A stretch of 63,996 nt of DNA, filler included, from Basidiobolus ranarum (taxonomy: Eukaryota): the NCBI GenBank assembly GCA_040143965.1. It is 7 parts of 7 records of this genome, joined end to end, with 100 filler letters (N's around TTAATTAATTAA, not from the genome) between each part and the next. Parts side by side here need not be neighbours in the genome. Positions count along the whole stretch, not along the records: positions 9,341 to 18,568 come from JASJQH010007730.1; positions 18,669 to 27,893 come from JASJQH010007731.1; 5 more parts are not named here. One strand, 5' to 3'. Each line of letters starts with the position of its first letter. The stretch's first letter is position 1. The position numbers and the translations under genes were made by a program. This document shows, one piece after another, positions 13,894 to 25,100 of this stretch. The notes below the pieces were generated by a model. It was not told where the DNA came from, did not search any database, and saw nothing but the letters and a program-made list of their open reading frames with translations.

Positions 13894-14750
13894 ATATGTT
13901 TGCTTTATAGTATACTTATTATATAGTCAATTTTAAATCTCCCCGCTCTCACTTCCTCTAACTAACGCAGATAAAGCAGTGCTTTTCTATAACCCTCTAA
14001 CATAAAATAGTGACCTTTTATTTCAAGTCATACACTTTGATTCTCACCACCCCTATAATAATCGTACTCATCATACACAGGAAGATATGAATTCTCTCCA
14101 TACTTCGTCAAATACATACATCTTTTTACATTTTCTTTCCTCTCCTCTTCTAATAGCTCCACTAGGTTATACCCAAGCCACCTTTTAAATACAAATATGA
14201 ATGGAAATTTTGATTTGTACTTTTCCGATTAAATAAAATCGCACTCCCACCCCATTGTTCATTCCTAAATATTAATGAAATATCTGATTTTCCCTAAAAC
14301 CACATTATGAAGTATCACAAGTGCTATAATATGCACTGCCAATCACATCGACACATTAACCAGGGACTTAATTTCGACTTGACTGTAGTATTGTTTATAC
14401 TTGGTTCTTTCCTTTTTGCTACTCCCGCCCCTTAAACTGGGGAAGGGTCGAACATCTGCCAGTGACTTGTACCAACAATCACGGTGTGTGACATCAAAGG
14501 AAACTGGATGTATAGCCTTTGACCATATATGTGTTTAGATAGAATGGGCATCGAGACATATATCACCTTGGGTCATCACGAGGCCCCACCGAAGCCTGTG
14601 GTTAAATATGAAGGATATGCTGATGATTTTAATTGGATGTTACTATTCTGACTCATCAAGCCATGAGAAAAAAACAGCAACCTTTGGATGCAATATAAAA
14701 GTTCAGAAACATGTCTACGAATATTCATATCTGCGATACTCACCCTCACC

Positions 14751-15470
14751 ATGAACGTAATCTCTACCTCATCTTCAGACTCCGTTTCCGCACCAGAGCC
14801 AGCTTCCAGTGTTCAGATACCACCTGCGTATTCATTCGACAGTAGAAGTCAGGCCAAGTGCGGATCGGTCTCACCTCCTCCATATAGTATAGTCGATTTA
14901 CCCATGATTTCTTTTAGTCTTAGACTTTCTTTCTCATCACCAAGAATGCGTTCAGCTAATCTCCATGATCAGCTGGACATTAGATCGGTGGAAAATAATT
15001 TACCATTATACTTGTTAAATAAATGTTACTTTGATAATTCTACTTCTACATTTGCCTTGATTAATTCTCATACTAACCAGATTGTTGTGAAAGCTACTGA
15101 GGATATTGCCCATTTAGACACTTTCACCATTGATTACGGGCATTCCTCTGTCGTAGTCCTGAAATCAGCTTCGGTGTTTCGGTGTGTTTATAAATTTAGC
15201 TGGATGAATTGCGATTTCCGATGGAGTTTTGACGGTACAGATCTTGTGTGTGTACTTCAGTCGATCGATCCCAACGGGAGAAGAGTCAATCGGGCCATCG
15301 GTGGAATTGAGTTCGATAGCAGCAGACAACTTCGTGAAGAGAATTCCATTGGAAAAGTTTGGATGTTCCAAAGAGCAGTCTACCATTTGATCCAAGATGT
15401 TCGATTTGAACCGGTTTTCTTGGTAACTTCAGCGCTGGTAATGGAGCGAGCTGGCTTGTTAGAAATTTAG
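14751..15470 (+). CDS. Hypothetical protein with two N-terminal PPxY motifs and a beta-rich (tubby/LURP-like?) C-terminal domain
   Basis: Intronless ORF of ~239 aa from accATG at 14751, with TATAAAA at ~14694. Contains PPAY and PPPY, then YKFSWMNCDFRW and a C-terminal hydrophobic helix. The fold guess is tentative. Confidence 0.65.
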   Translation: MNVISTSSSDSVSAPEPASSVQIPPAYSFDSRSQAKCGSVSPPPYSIVDLPMISFSLRLSFSSPRMRSANLHDQLDIRSVENNLPLYLLNKCYFDNSTSTFALINSHTNQIVVKATEDIAHLDTFTIDYGHSSVVVLKSASVFRCVYKFSWMNCDFRWSFDGTDLVCVLQSIDPNGRRVNRAIGGIEFDSSRQLREENSIGKVWMFQRAVYHLIQDVRFEPVFLVTSALVMERAGLLEI

Positions 15471-17766
15471 GTAAGTTATTTACTCGTATTTTTGTGAACT
15501 GTTACTTAGCCCATGTAATTTCTTGGATATTTCATATAGCTAATCTCTAGAACATGCTATGGTTGGATTGGATTTGGTCTACTTGTACCTGCGCTCCACT
15601 TTAGCATCTCTAAAATTGTGCATCCGTATTAGCCCATGTTTGGACTCACATCCATTTATCTTCAATCTCTCTAATCCCTTTTAATGGTCAAATTCTTCTG
15701 TTTAAACTTGTCACTTGATTTATTAAATGAAGCTTTAAATTCACTATTGATATGAAGTTGGTTTCTAGCAAGTTTAATTAGTTTACATCCCTTGCGCTGC
15801 TAAGCAACCAGATAATTCGATTAGCTTATACAATCTAATCCACGGGTTGATACCTCACTCTAATTCATCTACAGAACATTCAAGTCAAGAACTTCAATCA
15901 ACACGATAAAGTGATCAATGTAAGTGGCGTTCCTAATTTCGACGAAGATTCAAAAAGATTGGATTTTATCCTATTGATAAGTATTGGATAATCTCCATCA
16001 CTCTACATGCAAATACTACGCTTTCCTTACTGCTTTGGTGAGAGATTAGATGTTTCTTGTTTAATAATACCCACGTATGGCCCCTTCTAGGTAGCACTAG
16101 GGTGGAAAACATCATAGATTTATACACTTTATGGTGTTTAATTGTTAATTTTAAATAGGTAGTGTTCTTACTGAGCATCCAATTGCGATAGTTAGACATT
16201 CATGAATTTACAGAGAATTGGATAATAGTTACTTCTATTCTATATTAGATAAAGGTAAGAACAAGACAGGCAAGCTAAAGACCATGAATAGATTATCTAC
16301 AGAAAATCATTCTGCAATTGAACCAAACGAGAGGTGTTGGCCCAATATCTATACCTTTCCTATTAACATGTGTGCTAGGTGCGTGGTAACATACTCTTTT
16401 AATATTACGGTTTCCAAATGTTAAAACCCATTTGACAAGGAGTTGATTAGCACTTAGAATCCTGGCGAGATGTTATGGACCTGGGCTTAAATAAGGATAT
16501 CAGCCAAATAATATCATCACAATTAGTCAAGCGACAAGAGCGCACGTGTCACTAAGTTTACGGTTTATTACTATTTGATCCTAGTATACGCATTTCATTG
16601 ACATCTGTACTCGTTCAATCTGACTACGACCCAGTCTCTTATACATGGGTGGATTAACGCTGGAGATACTTTTTGTTGACGGTCCCCCATGAAATACTCT
16701 TAGCGATATTCCTCATTTGCAATGGGTGTGGATTTATACTTGATATAAGCATAACCCTATTTGTTAGTGGTATCAGTGGCTCCTTCCAGCTTTAAGGTTC
16801 CCACTTCTAATCCATTGATATTAGGCAGTGAAAACCTTTCCATATGTTCCTGAGTAGTAAGTAAGCTACACATCCGGTAGAAGGTTTTCTCTCATCATGT
16901 AAGCTAATATATACATGGTGTACACTAAAGTTGGGTCCGTAAGCAATGCATCATAAGTCTATGCCGCCCTATCAGAATAAACGGGCTTAAATTACGGACG
17001 CCATCATGTATTCTTGCATTTCATTCTCACGTCGATCGCGTGGTTAGGCTGTAATGTCACTTAAAGCTAGTTAAGTGTTTGCATCCATCTGTGGTGAGAC
17101 AATGCACTGACAGTCGATGCGTGGTTGGCAAATAAAAATACTTCGCCAAGTGCGGCTATATGGCCATGGTATATTCTTATAGATAGGCGCACTCCTACCA
17201 TCTTGAGCGTTTGCGAATAAAGGCCCATTCTCTGGACTCCATTTTGTTTCCCAATCTGTTAGGTGAATTAGTTGTGTACTTACTAATCCTTAGAATTCCC
17301 ATTTGGAGGATTGTAAATATGCCCAACATCGATCACATATTGGCGCTGATAATATTCCCATATTTGGGCCTACCAACTAGTTGTTATTAGAAATTTCCGC
17401 TTTGATTTGGCTGTTTGGTAGTTGCTAACATTAGGTACCACCTAACTGGTTCACCATGATATCACTAAATACCGGTCAAACTGAAAATTCCGCCATGGTT
17501 GGAATAAATTCAGCTTGCTTTCATTTTGTACATTTCATAGTGTCGTTAAATGTGGAAAAATAATGTTCACAGAATAGGATAGGTCCCAAGGTTTTGTTAA
17601 CCCATCATGACCTATAAATAGATTCGACGTTTTGAATGGGTACTTGTAAAAAAGTCAATTGTTATAGATCGCAGTTTCGATAACAAATTCAAAAAAGATT
17701 ACTCTCATCTCGATCCTAGGTCAATATAAGGCGAGAGACATACGTTGAAGTTTCTCATTCCTCAAC

Positions 17767-18568
17767 ATGGTCCATTCTAGTATGGCTTCTAGGTTAGCTC
17801 TCTTTCACCTTCTACTTGTCACTGCTCCCAGCCTATCCGCCGTTGCTGCTTCGGTAGTTACAAACGGCAGTGACGATTCCGAGGGATTCAGGCTTTCGAA
17901 TTCTCAATGGCATATCACTATTGATCCCGTTACCCTTGCGATGCAGGCAGAGACTACTGGAAAACACCACCAGACCATTACCTTGTCCCTTCCCATCCTA
18001 AACTCTACTGAGAAAGTTGAAGTCCTCTCAGTGGGGCATGAACATGCTCAATGGCGATGGAATAGTTCTCAAGTGGCGATTACAGCATCATTATCAGGCC
18101 AAGATTTTCGAGTTCGATTCTCTCGAAAAACTCCTGGTGCGATAGGATGGCCTTTGTTTCCCTTAAATCAAAAGGAAGGTGCAAGAGCTTTGATGTTCCC
18201 CAAAGTCGAGGGAATGTATATACCCTTAAATGATAAAGAATGGCGTGATGATCTCATTAATGAGCCCGTTTCGATGACCGAAGGTATGAGTTTACCTTTG
18301 CTTGGAGTGGAGTATCTCTGCGAGAAAGAAAAAAAGTGCAAGGGGGGTAAGGGCACATTGAGTGTAATATTCCCGAATCCATTCAACAACATGCTGGAAT
18401 TTAGCACACTAAACGGAGCAGGGGCGAAAGATATAAGCAAAAATAACGAGGAGATGTTGGTCACTGCTCACCACAGATTCTCTAAATTGGATTACAATCA
18501 ATAATACGACTTACTCTTCCATTTTACACCAAATAAGATGGACCCACTGGCTCCTTCCAAGCGTTATC
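17767..18568 (+). pseudogene. Secreted GH129/GH101-related glycoside hydrolase, N-terminal part; in-frame TAA at 18502-18504; truncated by linker
   Basis: Signal peptide and no introns. Motifs IDPVTL, WP..ALMFPKVEGMYIP..D..W, TEGMSLPLLG, NPFNN.LEF, H.F resemble bacterial PF11308-type proteins as recalled. The same frame continues past the stop as YDLLFHFTPNKMDPLAPSKRY. Confidence 0.6.
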
Positions 18569-19539
18569 NNNNNNNNNNNNNNNNNNNNNNNNNNNNNNNN
18601 NNNNNNNNNNNNTTAATTAATTAANNNNNNNNNNNNNNNNNNNNNNNNNNNNNNNNNNNNNNNNNNNNATCATGCGTTGTTCAAGATATTGATAGCCTAA
18701 AATTAGTAATGTGATGATTGGCTGGTTGCATGTCTAGCCAAATTAAGAAAAGTTCAGCACAAGTAGGTTTAACATGAGCGAGTTTTAGCTTTTTGGTAGC
18801 ACACCTGCTCCAATCAACTATTCAGTAGCTCTATGACATCAATAGCCCATCTATAGCCAATCACGAGGATACCGATTAGTCAATACAGCCAATCCAGATA
18901 GCTCTCAGGAGTAATATTTAACCATATTGGATCTTGTAATTTTATCAGACACTGAGCATTATACTAGTAGATTGAAATGCGGGTGTAAATGAGTTTCCAA
19001 ACATATATTTCCTTGAGAGTCAGAGTGCCTGCACATCCAGTAACAGATTTTGCCGGAGTTCGCATAAAATATACAGAGGGTAGAAGGACGGTGCGCTGTA
19101 GATGTGGTTTATCAGGGCTACACTGTAGCAATGACTTCTGTAACCCGAGATTTGATGTGTGATGTTTAATCCAGTCATCTAATTGGTGGTAGTACAGTAT
19201 TCGCAAAATCACCACTAAACAAGTTTATGGAGAATTCATCAAAGAATTGTAATTTGTCGGAGCTTAATTATTTTGGAAACTAGTTAACAGTCCGTAGGTT
19301 CGTCCTCAGTTAGCAGTCTCCCTGGTAATCAGGAAAAATCGAACCCACAGGATTAATCGCCCAGAAAGTGGATCAAGGCTAGTGTAAAATTTTTTCCTCA
19401 ATCGCTGTAATTCCAACTAAGCTTCAAGATTCCTCCTTCTTGCCCCTCCCCCAGAAAATATTTATTCGATAGTGCATATTTGCAAAGCGTTGGTGAACTT
19501 ATACATAGAAAAGTAAACTAAACCTAATATCACCAATTC

Positions 19540-20712
19540 ATGAATAAACTATTATTTAATGGGGTGTTTGCGGTTCACAAGCCTACTGGCATGCTAAGTG
19601 GCAGTGTAGTGAAATTTCTTGACTTGGCTTTGACAGGAAAGAAGCCTATATTGGAAAAATTAGCAACGGCCCAGAAAGTATCATATAGGAATAGACTCAA
19701 GATTGGTCACGGCGGAACTTTGGTATACTTTGAAATATGTTCAATGGCATAGTCTGTTGGTTCTAACCGATTCTTGGATTTGTAGGATCCTTTGGCTTCC
19801 GGTGTTTTAAGTAAGGGATTCAATACAAAGTAACCCGCTAGAAATCAAATTTATTTACACAGTTTATAGTAATCGGTTTAGGCACTGGTTGCAAACAATT
19901 GCAACAGTATCTAAGCTGCACGAAAGTAAGTTCAATGGTAAATATCTTCTCTCACAGTCACAGAATATTGATGGATTTCCTAAAGGTATACGAAGCAACT
20001 GGTATTCTCGGCTCTGCAACAGACACTTACGACTCCTGTGGTCAAGTTACACGAGTAGCTCCGTTCGAACATGTCACCAGTGAGCAATTCGAAAAATGCT
20101 TGGAACAATTTCGAGGAGAGATAACGCAAATTCCTCCAATGTACGTAGCTCGATTTATTATTGGTATTTTACACTACAATTTGATCCTGTAGTAGACACA
20201 TGTATGAATAGTGTAGATATATTTGGTATAATTCTGAGAGAACCTTTGTCCATGATTGAATCTGATCTCATTCACTATTAATATTGCCTAGCTATTCTGC
20301 CCTACGTATGCAAGGTGTTCGACTGTACGATTATGCGAGAAAAGGTCTTCCCCTTCCAGCTGAAATTAAAGCTAGACCAGTTAAAATTCATTCTTTAGAA
20401 TCTCTCGAGTTCACTAGCAAACATTCATACAATACAACCAACAATGGCATTCAAGCTGAAACTTCATTAGAGCCATGTACTCCGCCAATCTTCCGTATAC
20501 GTGTTGCTTGCGGTGGAGGGACTTATATTAGATCCTTGATTTATGACATTGGCGAGCAACTGGATTCTGCCGCCCATATGGTGCAACTAAAGCGTACAGA
20601 GCAGGGTGGTTTCGTATTAGGCAAAGACACGCTTGAGCTAGAAGAGTGTTGTGATATAGATAAGATACGGGATGCCATTAACCATAGTAAAACACTGCTC
20701 AGTCAGAAATAG
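19540..20712 (+). CDS. PUS4: tRNA pseudouridine-55 synthase (TruB/Pus4)
   Basis: GVFAVHKPTG; KIGHGGTL|DPLASGVL (catalytic Asp follows an intron); Y....LGSATDTYDSCG; QIPPM/YSAL..G.RLYDYARKG; CGGGTYIRSL..D; several GT-AG introns. Confidence 0.93.
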
Positions 20713-21698
20713 CCCGTTCTACTTTCAACTCTAGCTTACTCACATACAAGTTTATTGTAGCATTTAGAATTGAATAAAATATGTCCACACTTTGAAGCTT
20801 TTATATTGGTATCTAGTGTTGCTGTTATCAAGAGTCAAGCATTGTGTCTCGAATGTACCTTGGTTTTCACAAGACCATAATGAGGATGGCGGAATCTCTT
20901 TCAGTGAGAGAGAAATGGTTGGAGGAGGTTTCGAAGTTACAGAAGATACAAACGATATATCTATATGTACTCAGTACCATACGTTTCTCTTCTCAAGTAT
21001 GTACTCACAGCAACTACTCGGCTAAGCTGGCTAATGAATGTTGTCGACCGAGATGGAGGTGAGTTTGGCTTTGTTTGAATTTGTGCTTACACATATCTGA
21101 ACATTGCTTGAGTGTTTGTAATAGTTCTTTAGTTATTCTGAATAATGTTTCATTTTGGAAGCTCACCGCTACTAATGAATATGTGATCTGGGCTGTCAGC
21201 ATATCCAAGATATGTAAGAGCATTGGTCAGCTAAACAAGCATTGAATTTCTGAGAGTGTCTAGAAAAAATCTCATTCGACGACAGATTGCGTTTTCCGTT
21301 AGAGAATTGCTTCAAGGAATGTAGAGTACTGTGATTTAAGCGGTTGATATCACCAATCATGTGGCTCCTCCAAATCGATCAACAGCTGTATATATATTGA
21401 GACTCTGTCCTTGATGATGGAGCTATACTACATCTCACGAGTTCTCTTTTTTTGAACTATTCCTTGTGCTTTACGCTAAACACCGGCTCTGTTCGTATTT
21501 TGGCATTCTTCATATATTGGGATCAATACTATACTCTATTCACTATTCAACATAAAGCCACTTTATGGCCACGTCTGCTAGAGTTTTTGGAACCAAAGAA
21601 AGTCATATCGTTACTATTTTATAGCCTTACTCCCCTTTATTCTTTTACTGTATCCTCATAACTTGTTGCACATATTACCTGGTTTTTCTATCTTCAAT

Positions 21699-22157
21699 AT
21701 GGGAAACAACACCAGTTCTGAGAAGGGCGCTACCACTTATGCTGCTGGTATAGCCATCCGAAATGCCACTACAACCATAAGCAGTAGTGACAATCCTCAC
21801 TCAAGGAAAATGACCCCCAGAGTGGCTCAGTTACAGTCACTTCCACCAGCTGGAAAGCTTCTGTATGACCGAAAGTACAAAAACAAAAAGAGAAGAAAGC
21901 GGTCCTCCCGCTTACGAGCTGTTGAACAAGACAGAGCTAACAAAAAGAGAAAGGTTATCGAGCTTGACTTTTCCGTCTCTGACCAGCCAGCAAGAAGACG
22001 GAGACTATCCGTCTCCTACGGTTTGGACAAGATTCGAGAGCTAAAGAATCCACCCAGAATCCCTTCCAAGCTAAGAAGCTCTACAACATGCACTGACCTG
22101 GCTCCACCACTTGAAACTGAGGCAGCCATGATGCTTCTGGCTCTGAGATCTTCTTGA
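21699..22157 (+). CDS. Small basic hypothetical nuclear protein
   Basis: 152-aa intronless ORF from MGNNTSS, with K/R clusters (NLS-like), RRRRLS, and a C-terminal amphipathic ETEAAMMLLAL. Confidence 0.55.
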   Translation: MGNNTSSEKGATTYAAGIAIRNATTTISSSDNPHSRKMTPRVAQLQSLPPAGKLLYDRKYKNKKRRKRSSRLRAVEQDRANKKRKVIELDFSVSDQPARRRRLSVSYGLDKIRELKNPPRIPSKLRSSTTCTDLAPPLETEAAMMLLALRSS

Positions 22158-25100
22158 GCAGTATATATCATATTTACCAAAGAGAGAGAGAATTTCATTA
22201 ATTGTATATATTAGCCTAGACGGTCGTAACTTTTATTCTTTTTGTTTCTGTTCATTGATATAATCCCCCCGTTCATGCCATATTCCTTTTGATAGTCTTT
22301 ACCTGCAATATTTCCACTCTTTAAGATCCATATTTCATTTACTTGGCACAGCTCTGTATAGTTTAAACATTCACTAGTACTTGTTCGAAGACGGCTAATT
22401 CACTTGAACATCTCCCCCTCCGTCACCACGCAATTTGGAAGGATACATACTTGTTTTCATTCAAATGTCACAGTCGTCGTCAATGTTAATTTTGGAGCAA
22501 AAAATAAAATTCGGTCAGGTAATCAGTTACCCTTTCCATATGATACAAATAATAATATATTGATCACAAGCATCGACTCGCATTTACATCGCTAATTTTA
22601 ATTTATACTGATCATTGTATCATGTAGTCTATTTTATAGATCCTCATTTGGAAGGTATATCATAACTACGATCAATATACATTGATGTGGTATAAAATTA
22701 ATAGCCAAAAGGATGACTTGCCTAGGATTTTACTGCTATAGAGCATGTCGCCAGCCTGCTCGCTCTAAGTGGTGAATGTGCCAAACTTTACCAGCTGCAC
22801 ATTGCATCTCTTAACATCATGAATTTCAAATTGCCAGCACAGTTTTAATAGAAGTGGTTTTCCATTTTTTTGGATAGATTTGGATGATTATATGGGTTAC
22901 CAAATTGGATGATTTCGTAAAATGTCCTTCCATTACTTTCTAGACCATTTTCCAGGTTTTCTGGGCCCCAGAAGAATAATAAGCATGGTTAAGGGAGAGT
23001 TGCTAGACACAACGACCAAGCTCATGGGTTTTGGTAATTTACGATAAAATTCAGCTAAAAATATACTTGTTAGTAGATGACTTCGCATGGCTCGACATGC
23101 AAGCTAGATTCGTAGGAGAGACAAGCTGTCACCGTTCCATTGAAAATATAGAACCTCATGAGCTAGTATTTTGAAAAACTTCAACTGAAATATGTTTGTG
23201 ACAAAGCTTACTCGACTACAACCTGTAAAGTAGTGGTGTTGAGTTGGTACTGTGGTTACTTGGTGTCGCAAATACATAATAGAGCCTAATATGATAATAA
23301 CCAAGAAATGCACTGCAGAAAACACAAGCTATTCGTTAAAACAATGACCAATGTTTCTTGATGCAGCCGTAGGCAATATCCAAAGCAACATCGGCATATT
23401 AGTAATGAATGGTTTACGTTTGATTGTATCGCCAGTAACCTGCTAGTCATAATCACGTTAGACCAATTCTAGTTGAATTTGAAAATCATGTTGCAGATTC
23501 GAGTTACACGGTCAATGGCCTTAACAGCAATTCATTGACCAAATTAGATCACCAATAGTAAAGAATGGTCCGATAGTTGTTGTCACATAATATTGAATTT
23601 TCAATTTACAGATTTCCGTCTAATTATGTCCGCATTTGGGGATTATGAATTATCATTTTAATATATTCAAGTATAAATACCCAAAGTGGGATAGTCCAAT
23701 GAGCAAACGTGTCATCGACTGAGCCCTTTAATACCATGGATTAAGGATGATATATACCCCGATCTTTACACGGCGCATCCAATATAAGATTAAGATTATA
23801 TCGCTAATTGAGAACACGATATTTTCATCAGTCAAAGGTAAGTGTTCTGAAACGAGACACATCATGTGCAAGCATGAATTTCTCCTTAAATATCGGCATG
23901 GTAGAAGATCGATTCTCTGGGAAATCAAACTTAATATACTTTATAATACTACCCATTCGATTAATAGTCTCCACTAGAATTTCTTGAGAGCACTGAAGGA
24001 TGATTGCAGAAGAAGGTTGCGATAATGCTGCTTGCTACACTGAGCACATTCTCTAGTGTCTTTCCATTACAACACTTGTTAGTGATGCATGATTGCAATG
24101 TTGCTTGAGAAGAGCGAATCTAGTATATCCAGTGCACCTTGAGAGTATTGGTGGTGAGAGCTCTCCTGAGTCGAGAAGCTCCAACAAAATATGAATTGCT
24201 ATACGAAATAGCCTGGAATATCTATGATCAGTTAGCAATTCATATCAATAAATAAACGCGCAAACGATATGAAGAGGTACCTCAACCTCAACCAATGCAC
24301 ACTAAATAAGTGTCCATCAAAGTAGGTATTCTAAATAGCCTCTAGCGATTTTGAACCTAAAACGCGCAATGTTAGTACAACTTGAATACCATAATCTAGC
24401 ACAAGTTAGTTTGTCTTGGGGCCAGAAAATAACTTCCTTCTGTTTCTAAACATCCAGCTTTTCGTAATTACCGACTCTTTATGGATGTGTTCATTTCATC
24501 TATTGTGTTTCAACTACCCGATGGTTACAAAATTAATACTGAAATGCGTTCATTTCACATAAATGGGTTGTGTCACTATTTCTAATCCCAGTAGTATGCA
24601 AATGAATTGCGGCATCATTGTATACTATAGGCAGTGGTAATACCCTAATTTCTGTTAAACAACATATAGCGCAGGAACCAAATGATACAAGGATATAGAA
24701 ACGGTATGTGTGTATGTAGACACATATGCCACTCATCCTGATATGGGTTACTACGGTGTATGAAGGTTACTTCCGTATGCGTACTGGGAGATAAGATGGC
24801 TGTGTATTCGGGAAATGCTAATAGTATTGATAATGGCACCGACTCATTATATTAGCAGTCTAAATGGGTGCCCCCAAATATCCTCGAAATGCATTACAAA
24901 TTCTGGAACCAAACTTTGAATGCAGATTTGATGACTATAATCTTACTTGGTATGCACATCACCAGAGCCGTGTTCATTTTGATAATAACATGGCAGTGAA
25001 TAGCGGGTATTAAATCTGTAACTTTCATGGAGCATAGTGCAAATATTTGCATGTGTTACACATTTCAAGTTGAGCATCGCTCATACAAATTATTGTGAGA

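Noticed and set aside
18669..18910. Cluster of AGCCAAT/CCAAT-like motifs at a contig start
   Set aside because: Irregular spacing and no second copy in the window; cannot be classified.
19723..19785. PUS4 intron with donor GTATACTTT as a second U12 intron
   Set aside because: Mismatch at +5 of the U12 consensus and an ordinary TCTAAC branch site; more likely U2.
20792..21223. Short overlapping ORFs downstream of PUS4
   Set aside because: No ATG-led frame with a recognisable domain; insufficient evidence.
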